From Candidatus Micrarchaeum sp. (GTDB lineage: Archaea; Micrarchaeota; Micrarchaeia; Micrarchaeales; Micrarchaeaceae), in NCBI RefSeq assembly GCF_016806735.1, contig NZ_CP060530.1:930001-962000 (forward strand): 32,000 bases of DNA. Reading direction: 5' to 3'. How positions within the stretch are numbered: position 1 is the stretch's first letter; each line of letters begins with the position of its first letter. Positions 1 to 8,630 of this stretch are shown here, piece after piece. The position numbers and the translations under genes are program-made. The notes beneath the pieces were generated by a model. The model saw only the letters and a list, made by a program, of their open reading frames with translations, did no database searches and had not been told where the DNA came from.

Positions 1-134
1 TCGTCGCCTTCAGGATATTTGAGCTCTTCCCTGGAATATTGCATTTCCGGCTCTAGAACATTATAAGAGCGCGTTATCTCCTTGACAATAAAGTCTTCCG
101 GAGACGATTTAAGGACGAGAATTTCATCTTCCAT
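1..134 (-). CDS. partial CDS (N-terminal 44 codons; runs off window start); possible TruD/Pus7-family tRNA pseudouridine synthase
   Basis: Not in the ORF track because it is open at the window edge. ATG at 134-132 reads MEDEILVLKSSPEDFIVKEITRSYNVLEPEMQYSREELKYPEGD. A PEDFxVxE motif close to the N-terminus is typical of TruD-type enzymes. Overlaps the stop of the upstream HPP gene by 11 nt. Confidence 0.35.
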   Translation of the reverse strand, partial: MEDEILVLKSSPEDFIVKEITRSYNVLEPEMQYSREELKYPEGD

Positions 135-747
135 CTTTGCTCCTCCTTTTGTAACGGGGCTTTTTTGCATACTGCATGTCCAATCTCTTTTCCTTCTTCG
201 TGATCTCTACCTTGAGCGCTTCCCTTTCGATTTCAAACGTAGTCTTTTCCAGGAGGTAGCGCAGTGCCACCACTATCACGACTCCGGAAGCTATTATTAC
301 AATGCCGATGTAGCCTATCCTGAAAAGCACGAAAGCGAAGGCTATTGCTGCTGCTGGAGGGTGCTCGCTCTTGGTTATTATCATAAGCACGGAAACAGAG
401 AATATGACGAGCGCTGCTACGGCATAAAGAGGCAGCACTGCAAGAGACAATCCTCCAAGCGTGCCCACTATGCCTGCAATTATGTAGCTCTTGACGAATT
501 TGGAATTCCTGGCTGAGCGCGAGTTTGGTGTTATGAACATTATGTATATGCTGCTAGCGAATGAAGTGAATATGACTGCCGATGTGCCGAGGCCGTAAGC
601 CTTGTCAATGTTGAAGTATTCTAGAAGGAAGACCAGAAGGGCTAGGTTCAGGCCAGCAAGGACTGCAGGGATTATCCTGTGCTTGAGCCTTTTCCAAGCC
701 TCTTTTACGCTCTTTGGCTCCCTGTACCTGTACTCTCTCGCCATCAA
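124..747 (-). CDS. HPP-family integral membrane protein
   Basis: 207 aa with several hydrophobic helices and the family-defining SEHPPAAA (HPP) motif. Basic C-terminal tail. Start lies 1 nt after the stop of the MFS gene. Confidence 0.7.
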   Translation of the reverse strand: MMAREYRYREPKSVKEAWKRLKHRIIPAVLAGLNLALLVFLLEYFNIDKAYGLGTSAVIFTSFASSIYIMFITPNSRSARNSKFVKSYIIAGIVGTLGGLSLAVLPLYAVAALVIFSVSVLMIITKSEHPPAAAIAFAFVLFRIGYIGIVIIASGVVIVVALRYLLEKTTFEIEREALKVEITKKEKRLDMQYAKKPRYKRRSKDGR

Positions 748-748
748 A

Positions 749-2026
749 TCAGTTCTTCTGCTTGTATATTCCCAAGAATATGAATAGAGAGAGAAATATT
801 AATAACCCGGACGCTATGAAGGCGAAGGAATAGCCAACATAATAGGCCATGTAGCCTGCAACAAGAGAGCCTATGAAGTAGGCAATCCCTACGACGCTGC
901 TGTATAAGCCAAGCTTCCTTCCGGGCTTTTCCGATCCAACAGTCTCGAATAGCAGCGTGTTTGAAACCGTGTAGAACATAGCATAGGCAAGCCCTGCAGT
1001 CAGGGCATAGAGTATCACGTTTATGAGAAGAGATCCGAATCCGGTAAGGAAAATAAAGGCAAAGCCTATTGCCACATAACCAGCTGCCCTCATCGCCAGG
1101 GAGCTCCTGAGCGTGCTCTTTTCTCCCTTTGATTCTGTGAAGCGGCCAGAGTAGTTGAATACGTAGGATTGCACGGCGTATCCTGCAAATATTATGCCGA
1201 ATACGTACACATTTGCAAGGCCTATGTCCCTGAGCCCTGGCACATAGGTGGTGTTGAATATGGCGCTGCCAAGATAGAAAGCGAACATGCCTATGTAGAT
1301 GACTGTGAGCTTGGAAAGCTGATTGTGCTTGCTGCCTATAATCCCGCGTATGAACTTGTACCCTGGAACCCTTATGAATATGAGATTATGCATCAACAGC
1401 CTGAACCTGAGCGCCATGCTATTTTTTATTATTGAACGCCTTTCGAGGTTCTTTGCCGGCTCCGTTATTGACATTGCTATAAGTATGCTGATTATTACGA
1501 AGGGTATGAGCAGCAGCATTACCACTCTTAATGGAAGAAAGCCAGTGAGCACAGATGCGGCGAGCAGGCCGATGGAGCCCCCTATGCTAGAGAGCATCTG
1601 CAGCTTGGAGAATCCGCTCGCCCAGAACTTTTTCTCTATCGTTTCCATGACCAAAAGGCTTAGGGGGGTCGCAAGAGCCGCAGTGAAAAGCGAGAGGAGC
1701 CCGAAAAGGGTTATAGCCATGGCTATGTTGTTTGTGAAGGAGAGTGCCAAGAGAACCAGGCCTGAGCTTGCTATGGATATGTATACGAAAGGCTTTCTGC
1801 TGCCATACCTGTCTACTGCCATGCCCCAAAGGACCGAAGCGGGTATCGAAACGCCGTAGAATACCGCCATGGCGTACGACACGTCAATTACAGTGCCGCC
1901 AAGGTCGAGTATGAAAAGGGCTATTATAGTGCTTATCGGCCCGTAGGCTATCTGATAGGGCAGCATGGAATACATCCACAGCCCTTTTTTGCCCTTTATG
2001 CCGTCAAGCTTAGGCAGCAATTCCAA
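749..2026 (-). CDS. MFS transporter
   Basis: 425 aa with about 12 hydrophobic segments. MFS motif A (GxxxDRxGxRK) is seen as GMAVDRYGSRKP between TM2 and TM3. Confidence 0.75.
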   Translation of the reverse strand: MELLPKLDGIKGKKGLWMYSMLPYQIAYGPISTIIALFILDLGGTVIDVSYAMAVFYGVSIPASVLWGMAVDRYGSRKPFVYISIASSGLVLLALSFTNNIAMAITLFGLLSLFTAALATPLSLLVMETIEKKFWASGFSKLQMLSSIGGSIGLLAASVLTGFLPLRVVMLLLIPFVIISILIAMSITEPAKNLERRSIIKNSMALRFRLLMHNLIFIRVPGYKFIRGIIGSKHNQLSKLTVIYIGMFAFYLGSAIFNTTYVPGLRDIGLANVYVFGIIFAGYAVQSYVFNYSGRFTESKGEKSTLRSSLAMRAAGYVAIGFAFIFLTGFGSLLINVILYALTAGLAYAMFYTVSNTLLFETVGSEKPGRKLGLYSSVVGIAYFIGSLVAGYMAYYVGYSFAFIASGLLIFLSLFIFLGIYKQKN

Positions 2027-2122
2027 TGAACCACGCAGAGTATATTATTCTTGAAGGAATATAAAAGGATTTTAGCAAAAGGGTTAAAAAAAGGTTTTCC
2101 TTATTTAAGTTTGGTGATTAAA

Positions 2123-2749
2123 GTGGAAGAGATAAAAGGATTAAGGAAGTACGAGCTGCCACCGCTGCCATACAAGCTTGACGCCCTGGAGCCGTACATA
2201 AGCAAGGATATAGTGGACGTGCATTACAACGGCCACCACAAGGGCTACGTCAACACGGCGAACACGCTTATAGACAGGCTCAACGGAATAATAAAAGAAG
2301 AGGTCAAAAGCTACGACATACACGGGGTTTTGAGAAACCTCACATTCAACATAAACGGGGACAAGCTGCACACGCTTTACTGGAAGGACATGGCCCCCGA
2401 AGGCAAGGGAGGAGACAAGCCCGGAGGAAAGCTTGGCGACCTGATTGACCAGCAGTACGGCGGCTATGAAAAGTTCAAGAAGATTTTCACAGAAGCGGCG
2501 AACTCGAACCCTGGAACGGGATGGGCGGTGCTGACATACGACAAGGAGAACAGCAACCTGAACGTAATGACTGTGGAAAACCACTTCATGAACCACCTCG
2601 CAGAGATGCCGATAGTCCTGATACTGGACGAATTCGAGCACGCGTACTACCTGCAGTACAAGAACAAGAGGGCAGATTACGTAGGCGCATGGTGGAACAT
2701 CGTCAATTGGGACGAAGCTAACAAGAAGCTTGACGGCCTCCTAGAATAA
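2123..2749 (+). CDS. sod: Fe/Mn superoxide dismutase
   Basis: [26 protein letters not shown], and metal-ligand motif [19 protein letters not shown]. The track ORF begins at TTG 2051. The in-frame GTG at 2123 gives the usual N-terminal length and sits about 20 nt after the TATA-like ttatttaag (2101-2109). Confidence 0.9.
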   Translation: MEEIKGLRKYELPPLPYKLDALEPYISKDIVDVHYNGHHKGYVNTANTLIDRLNGIIKEEVKSYDIHGVLRNLTFNINGDKLHTLYWKDMAPEGKGGDKPGGKLGDLIDQQYGGYEKFKKIFTEAANSNPGTGWAVLTYDKENSNLNVMTVENHFMNHLAEMPIVLILDEFEHAYYLQYKNKRADYVGAWWNIVNWDEANKKLDGLLE

Positions 2750-2764
2750 TCTAAAGTGCGTTTT

Positions 2765-2797
2765 GGCGCGGAGGCCTTCCTCCCGCCACTTGTTTTT
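2765..2797 (+). terminator. GC-rich hairpin plus T-run downstream of sod (convergent with ftsZ)
   Basis: GGCGCGGAGG-CCTT-CCTCCCGCC forms a 9-bp stem with a 1-nt bulge, followed by TGTTTTT and a second TTGTTTT. Confidence 0.5.
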
Positions 2798-2834
2798 GCC
2801 TTGTTTTAGCAGATAGAAGAAAGTAAAGCGGAGC

Positions 2835-3899
2835 TCAGAACATGTCGTCGAGCTCAACCTTTTCCAAGTTCTTAATCTCCTTCTTTATGTTTGTGTCGGT
2901 GTATTCCGGGAATTCCACTCCGCTGACTACAAGCATTATGCGTATGGAATCCTTGGCCATCTCGTCGTCTATCCTGGCGCCCCACTTTATGAGCGCATCG
3001 CTGCTTATCCTGCTCGCGACCTCCTGGAATATGGTTTCTGCTTCCCTTAGCGTAAGGCTTTCGCCGCCGATTATGTTTATCAGCGCTTTCTTCGCCGTTG
3101 CCATATCTGCGTCTAGCATAGGGCTCTTTATTGCGTTTTCAAGCGCTATGAGCGCCCTGTTCGACTGCGTGGAGGTTGCCATGCCCTCTCCCGAGCCTAT
3201 GACAGCATAACCAGAATCCTTCAACACCATCCTGAGGTCAGCGAAGTCTATGTTTACCATTCCGGGCTTCGTGACCATCTCGACTATGCCCTTAGTGGCG
3301 CTGGAAAGCACCTCGTCAGAAACCCTGAACGCCATGTTTAACGGCAGATCCGGTGCCACTGAAAGAAGCTTGTCGTTGTGAATTATTATTACGGTGTCGC
3401 ACATCTTCTTCAGCTTGGAAAGGCCTTCCAGCGCGTTGTGCATCCTTGTCCTTCCCTCGCTCGAGAATGGAAGCGTGACTATTGCAACAGTAAGCGCGCC
3501 GTTCTCCTTTGCTTCGTGCGCTATCGTGCTTATTGATCCGGTGCCTGTGCCTCCTCCGAGTCCGCACGTCATGAAAACCAGATTTGCGTCGGAGAGCATG
3601 TGCTTTATCTCGTCCTTGCTCTCCATTGCGGCTTCCTCGCCGACCTTTATGTCGCTTCCTGCACCCAATCCCTTTGTAACCTTCTTGCCGAGCAGGAGCT
3701 TCCTCTCGGCCCTTGTCTTTATCAGATGTGGTGCGTCGGTATTCATGGCTATTAGCGTTGCGCCCTCTATGCCAAGAGTAGCAAGCCTGTTTACGGTGTT
3801 GCTGCCGCTTCCGCCTGTTCCAACAACGTATATCTTGGGTTTTGCACCCTCTATAAATCTCAGGATCTCTTCATCGTCAACACTTGTAAACTCGCTCAT
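2835..3899 (-). CDS. ftsZ: cell division GTPase FtsZ
   Basis: GTGGSGSNTVNRL and the tubulin signature GLGGGTGTGS. 354 aa with an acidic C-terminal tail. Confidence 0.92.
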   Translation of the reverse strand: MSEFTSVDDEEILRFIEGAKPKIYVVGTGGSGSNTVNRLATLGIEGATLIAMNTDAPHLIKTRAERKLLLGKKVTKGLGAGSDIKVGEEAAMESKDEIKHMLSDANLVFMTCGLGGGTGTGSISTIAHEAKENGALTVAIVTLPFSSEGRTRMHNALEGLSKLKKMCDTVIIIHNDKLLSVAPDLPLNMAFRVSDEVLSSATKGIVEMVTKPGMVNIDFADLRMVLKDSGYAVIGSGEGMATSTQSNRALIALENAIKSPMLDADMATAKKALINIIGGESLTLREAETIFQEVASRISSDALIKWGARIDDEMAKDSIRIMLVVSGVEFPEYTDTNIKKEIKNLEKVELDDMF

Positions 3900-4066
3900 G
3901 AAATCACGGTCGCTGATTATTATGCTCCTGAAAAGGTTAAAAATCTATTTACAGAATTATTCAGGATAAGGGCTGCCTTGGAAAAGAGCAGTGCAAATCC
4001 GTAAGTATTTGTTTTTCGATTACGATTGTGCAGCGGCTTGCGCCGAATTTCTATTTGGATGATTCA

Positions 4067-5038
4067 ATGGCTGAAAATGGCAAAAATAAAAAGGAAGAGA
4101 GCAAGAAGCTCACTTCAATACCAGTGCATGACATAAGGCTCAAGAAAGGCATGACTGTAGAGGGGCTGTTCAGTGAGATGGAGCACGTAGGCGGATTCTC
4201 GGCCCAGCACATGATAACAGGCACACACATAATGGAAGACATGCTAAAGGACAAGAAATCCTTCAACTTCCTGTCCTTCCCGGCAGACATTGTATCCACA
4301 GGCCTTAGGGGGGTGCTTGCATCCATGACCAAGCACTTCAACGCCATAATAACAACAGGCGGAACAGTTGACCACGACCTTGCAAGGGCGTTCGGCGGCA
4401 AATATTCTTTGGGGACCTTTAACGCTGACGACGCTTACCTTCATTCACTCAGGGTATACAGGCTCGGAAACGTATTCATCGAAAACGACGAATATGGCCT
4501 AAAGGTTGAAGAGAGCTTCAAAAAGATAATGGATGACATATATTCGTCAAAGGATTACAAGAAGGAGTACAGCGCAAGCGAGCTGCTTTACGAATTCGGA
4601 AAGCGCATAAAGGACGAAGGGTCCATACTAAGGCAGGCCTACCTGCACAATGTCAAGATATTCAACCCCGGAATACTCGACGGCGCTTTTGGGACGCAGC
4701 TGACGATATATTCCCAGGATCACGACTTCAAGCTCAACCTCATAAGGGACGAGCTCGAGCTTAGCAATATATCCTTCGACAACAAGGTAACCGGAGCTCT
4801 CATGATTGGCGGCGGAATAAGCAAGCACCACGTAATATGGTGGAACCAGTTCAAGGGAGGGCTTGACTATGCGGTTTACATAACCACGGCCACGCAGTTC
4901 GACGGAAGCCTTTCTGGTGCAAGGCTCACCGAAGCAGTGTCATGGGGAAAGATAAAGGAAAAGGCGAAGTATGTAACAATAGACGGCGATGCTACGATAA
5001 TACTGCCCTTCATGATGTCTGCGCTAGGAATAGAATGA
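4067..5038 (+). CDS. dys: deoxyhypusine synthase
   Basis: Length and motifs of DHS (ITTGGTVDHDL, MIGGGISKHHV, DGSLSGARLTEAVSWGKI). The track start at GTG 4028 is probably too early; ATG at 4067 gives MAENGKNKKEE. Confidence 0.85.
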   Translation: MAENGKNKKEESKKLTSIPVHDIRLKKGMTVEGLFSEMEHVGGFSAQHMITGTHIMEDMLKDKKSFNFLSFPADIVSTGLRGVLASMTKHFNAIITTGGTVDHDLARAFGGKYSLGTFNADDAYLHSLRVYRLGNVFIENDEYGLKVEESFKKIMDDIYSSKDYKKEYSASELLYEFGKRIKDEGSILRQAYLHNVKIFNPGILDGAFGTQLTIYSQDHDFKLNLIRDELELSNISFDNKVTGALMIGGGISKHHVIWWNQFKGGLDYAVYITTATQFDGSLSGARLTEAVSWGKIKEKAKYVTIDGDATIILPFMMSALGIE

Positions 5039-5039
5039 T

Positions 5040-5717
5040 TCAGCGCTTTGGCTTTATTACGGTGCCTTCGTGCTTCCTGCGCGAGATGGCACTTTCTATG
5101 TTCTTTATGCTTTTGTCAAGGAAGTGAAGCTCGGTGTTGGAGCGCTTGGCTATTTTGCAGGCTATGACGTCGAAGACGAAATTCGAGCGCGCGACCCTTG
5201 TATCGTCCTTCATCGCAAGTTCAAGGAGCTCGTCTATGTCCATGGCATTAACGAATTTTCCCTTTTCGTTGTAGATGCCCTTGGGAGTGCTGACATTTAT
5301 CACGTGCGTAGCATCGGCAGACTCTGCTAGAAGCATGGTCACGGTATCAGTGCTTATTCCCGGTATTATTCCACCGGTAATCACTATGCTGCTGTTTTTG
5401 ATCTCTGAGCGGATGCCGTTCGGATCTCCTCTGTACACTGCAGATGAATTCCCGAATGCCGAGTGCAGCAGCCATGCATTTAGGTATGTAGTCTGTATCC
5501 CTATGTTGTCCTTTATGTACTGCGATTCCGTGAATTCTGATGCAGCGGTTATGTATTTTTTGCTTGTGAAGCCCCCTCCAACCACTATTATGAATGACGT
5601 TCCCTTGGAAGCGTGCTTCTTTATCAGTTCGACGAAGCTCTTTATAAAAAGGATATCCAATTCTCCGTTCTCCTTCGTAAGCGTGCTTCCTCCCAGCGAA
5701 ATCGCTATGGTACCCGT
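5040..5717 (-). CDS. pyrH: archaeal-type UMP kinase (amino-acid kinase fold); start codon unresolved
   Basis: TIAISLGGSTL...IIVVGGG...ITGGIIPGISTD...FVFD matches archaeal PyrH end to end. The conserved N-terminal IAISLGGS lies upstream of the track start (TTG 5660) and directly after an in-frame TGA (5720-5718) with no ATG/GTG/TTG between them. See findings. Confidence 0.8.
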   Translation of the reverse strand, partial: TGTIAISLGGSTLTKENGELDILFIKSFVELIKKHASKGTSFIIVVGGGFTSKKYITAASEFTESQYIKDNIGIQTTYLNAWLLHSAFGNSSAVYRGDPNGIRSEIKNSSIVITGGIIPGISTDTVTMLLAESADATHVINVSTPKGIYNEKGKFVNAMDIDELLELAMKDDTRVARSNFVFDVIACKIAKRSNTELHFLDKSIKNIESAISRRKHEGTVIKPKR

Positions 5718-7001
5718 TCACTCCCCTAGATCTATGGTGTCTCCGACCTTTGGCGCATATGCCTCGAATCCCTCACCCTTGAGGTTTTCTGCGAAAGCCT
5801 CGGTGTTTTCCGGGCTCCCGTGCACGCATACCACAATGTTTGGGGCGCTTTCCCTTACAAACTTGTAAAGGTCGCTCATGCCAGAATGCGCAGAAAAATC
5901 ATAAAAACCTACCTGAAGGTTGAACTCCTTGTCAACCTCCTCTATGTATATCTTGCCAGTGTTCATGAGCCTCCTTCCCCTTGTGCCTTCCACTTGATAG
6001 CCAGTGAGGAATACCTTGGATTCGCTGTTGAGCCTTGTTATATAGTGCATTGCAGGGCCGCCATTAAGCATCCCCGCAGTAGTCACGACAATGGAACCGC
6101 CTTCAAGGGCCCTCTTTCTATCTGCCAAATCGTTGACCCAGTTGCATTCGTTCGCGGCCTTGGAAAGCAGATCCGCGTTTCTTATGAATTTTTTGTTGGA
6201 TAACACTATTTCCGTTGCCTCTCTTGCCATTCCGTCTATGTATGTGCGCTCTATCAGGCCATTCTTGTATAGTATTGCGAGGAGCTCCTGGCTTCTCCCG
6301 ACTGCAAATGCGGGCACAAGTGCTATGCCGCCATTGTCGGTCGTTTCCTTTACACCCTCGACAAAATCGTGAACTAGCTTGTTCCTGTCAGGGTGCTCCC
6401 TTGTTGCATAGGTTGACTCTATTATTAGCACGTCGCTCCTTACGGGCTTGGCGCCTTCGTGCAGCAATTGCGGCGACATCTTGAAATCCCCGGTATAGAC
6501 TATGCGCTTGTTGTTCTTGGCATTGGTGCGCTCTACAAGAGTTATGGCGCTTCCGGCTATGTGCCCTGCATCGTAAAGCTCTATGTCGAAGTTGCCCATG
6601 TGAAGGGGCCTTTTGTAATCGGTCTCCATGAAGCGCTTTGAGAATTTATCGAGTTGCCTCTTGTGGAAATTTATTTTCGTGTGCTCCTTCCTTGATATCT
6701 TTATGGTGTCGTTGAGCAGGAGCTCGGAGAGCCCGAGAGTAGGGCTTGTTCCTATTGTGGGCATTGACATCTCGTTGTACAATGAGGGCGACGACCCGCT
6801 GTGGTCTAGATGCGCGTGGCTTAGTATCAGTGCGTCGGCCTTGGGCTCCGCTATTGGATATTCGGTCACATCGTCAATCTTGACACCGTAATCGAACAGC
6901 AGATTCCTTTTGTCTTGGAGGAATATGGCAGAACGGCCTACTTCGTGTGCCCCGCCAAAGAAGCTTAATTTCATCGAAAATACCTTTGTGGCGGAACTCA
7001 C
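5718..7001 (-). CDS. metallo-beta-lactamase / beta-CASP family ribonuclease (aCPSF2-like size class)
   Basis: HAHLDHSG (HxHxDH) motif and beta-CASP-type middle region. 427 aa with no N-terminal KH domains. Confidence 0.85.
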   Translation of the reverse strand: MSSATKVFSMKLSFFGGAHEVGRSAIFLQDKRNLLFDYGVKIDDVTEYPIAEPKADALILSHAHLDHSGSSPSLYNEMSMPTIGTSPTLGLSELLLNDTIKISRKEHTKINFHKRQLDKFSKRFMETDYKRPLHMGNFDIELYDAGHIAGSAITLVERTNAKNNKRIVYTGDFKMSPQLLHEGAKPVRSDVLIIESTYATREHPDRNKLVHDFVEGVKETTDNGGIALVPAFAVGRSQELLAILYKNGLIERTYIDGMAREATEIVLSNKKFIRNADLLSKAANECNWVNDLADRKRALEGGSIVVTTAGMLNGGPAMHYITRLNSESKVFLTGYQVEGTRGRRLMNTGKIYIEEVDKEFNLQVGFYDFSAHSGMSDLYKFVRESAPNIVVCVHGSPENTEAFAENLKGEGFEAYAPKVGDTIDLGE

Positions 7002-7152
7002 CGCTGCTTTAGATTCGTAAAGAAATTATAAAAACGTTGTTTATTCTTGAACCCTGTTTGATATTTGTCATCAGGGCCTTATTCGGTGAATTGGAAAGAT
7101 ATTTAAGTTATCATAACGTTTTATTAAATGTCAATATTTTTGCAATGATTTT

Positions 7153-7971
7153 ATGCCCAACGAAATAAATTTCATGGACCTGACAGTTTTGAAAAGGATA
7201 AAACCTGACACTACCGTTGAAAAGTTCGGCGGACTGATAAATTCCTCATTTTTCGACGCATCGAATGCCCTTGGAACCCTAAAGCTCAAAGGCTTGGTTG
7301 ATTTTACCACATACGTACCGGGCCAGAATGCCATAAGCGTAACCGAGATGGGAAAGAAGCTGATTGAGGAAGCGGATTCGAAGGAGAAGATGCCGTTCGA
7401 CCAACTTGATCTGGCAATACTTACGCAGCTCTCAACGGGCAAAAGGAATCTGGCTGACCTGAGCACTGCAGTCAACATAAGTTCCAAGGATCTTGCAATG
7501 CACCTTTACAAGCTGTCGGAACAGCAGTATTTATCAGCTGACATAAGGAACGGAGTCATGGACATGTCGCTAACTGAAAAGGGATTCATGCAGGCCAAGG
7601 CAGGCATGCCGCAACAGGCAACCCAGGCTCAACCTCAGCCGCAGGCTCAGCAGCAGCCGAAGCCAGCGGTTCAAACGCAGCCGCAGCAAACTCCTGCGGC
7701 TCCAAAACCGAATCCAACTACTGCGCCACAGCCACAACAGGGTCCAACACCTTCGAATACTGCTGCGGCTCCAATGGCAGCGACTGCGCAGCCACAGGCG
7801 GCACAGCAGGAACAGATGCAGCATCCGGCAGAGGACAAAGAGATAGCCGAGATGCAGAAGCAGCTCTCGTCCCAGCAGGTTAAGAAACCAAGCAAAACGA
7901 TTTATTATGTTGTTGCAGTCGTGGTAATAATCATAATACTAGCTGCGCTTTTTGCAAAAGGCATATTATAG
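7153..7971 (+). CDS. hypothetical tail-anchored protein: two wHTH-like repeats, Gln/Pro-rich linker, C-terminal TM helix
   Basis: N-terminal repeats MDLTVLKRI... and LDLAILTQLSTGKRNLADLS... resemble wHTH units. Residues about 150-240 are low-complexity Q/P/A/T. The C-terminus YYVVAVVVIIIILAALFAKGIL is a single TM. Confidence 0.6.
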   Translation: MPNEINFMDLTVLKRIKPDTTVEKFGGLINSSFFDASNALGTLKLKGLVDFTTYVPGQNAISVTEMGKKLIEEADSKEKMPFDQLDLAILTQLSTGKRNLADLSTAVNISSKDLAMHLYKLSEQQYLSADIRNGVMDMSLTEKGFMQAKAGMPQQATQAQPQPQAQQQPKPAVQTQPQQTPAAPKPNPTTAPQPQQGPTPSNTAAAPMAATAQPQAAQQEQMQHPAEDKEIAEMQKQLSSQQVKKPSKTIYYVVAVVVIIIILAALFAKGIL

Positions 7972-7975
7972 TTAA

Positions 7976-8626
7976 ATGAGAAAACCTTTGGGTGAATGCA
8001 AGATGGGCACTTTAATGGATTATATGGACGCCCACGCACTGCTGGGCAAATATGGTATAAAGGCGCTTGATGCCGCTTATGTGGGAAGCGCAAAAGAAGC
8101 AGTGGGATTTGCGAAGGGAAGAACGATAGTGATGAAGCTCATATCGGACAAGGCGCTGCACAAGTCAAAGAGCGGGCTCGTAAAGCTAAGCCTATCAGGA
8201 GATGCAAAGATAGAAGGAGCCTATTCCGAACTGGTAAAGCTCGGAGAGAAATTGAAACCTTATAAGATACTGGTGCAGGAGCAGGTTTCAAATGGAACTG
8301 AGATAATAATAGGAGGCAACACAGACCCGCAGTTTGGAAAGCTCATACTTTTGGGGCTTGGCGGAATATACGTTGAAGTGTTCAAGGATGTCTCGGTAAG
8401 GCTGTGCCCAATAACCGAATATGACGCCAACGCCATGATAGAAAGCCTGAAGTCAAAGCAGATAATGCTTGCGGACGAAAGGAACGGGAAGATAGTGAAA
8501 AACCTGCTGCTCAAAGTATCGGAGTTCCTTGTGAAAAACCAGAAGATTACTGAGCTGGACCTGAATCCGATAATATTGCACGACGGGACGTACGATGCGG
8601 TTGACCTGAGGCTTATAGGGGAATGA
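7976..8626 (+). CDS. acdB: ADP-forming acetyl-CoA synthetase (acetate-CoA ligase), beta / ATP-grasp subunit
   Basis: ATP-grasp-like LLGKYGI...VMKLISDKALHKSKSGLVKL...ELDLNPI, sitting immediately upstream of the alpha subunit. The true start may be an internal Met (MGTLMDY or MDYMDAH). Confidence 0.75.
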   Translation: MRKPLGECKMGTLMDYMDAHALLGKYGIKALDAAYVGSAKEAVGFAKGRTIVMKLISDKALHKSKSGLVKLSLSGDAKIEGAYSELVKLGEKLKPYKILVQEQVSNGTEIIIGGNTDPQFGKLILLGLGGIYVEVFKDVSVRLCPITEYDANAMIESLKSKQIMLADERNGKIVKNLLLKVSEFLVKNQKITELDLNPIILHDGTYDAVDLRLIGE

Positions 8627-8630
8627 TTTT

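Noticed and set aside
5718-5720. TGA might be reassigned as a sense codon, which would fuse beta-CASP and PyrH.
   Set aside because: TGA terminates ftsZ, rpl39e, rpl13, rpoN and others at positions matching homolog lengths. It often overlaps the next start (ATGA/GTGA). Global recoding is therefore very unlikely.
7077-7087. A shared 11-mer GCCTTATTCGG lies upstream of two genes (7077 and 11453) and might be a regulatory motif.
   Set aside because: Roughly a hundred chance 11-mer pair matches are expected in 32 kb. The two copies lie at different distances from their start codons, and there is no third copy.
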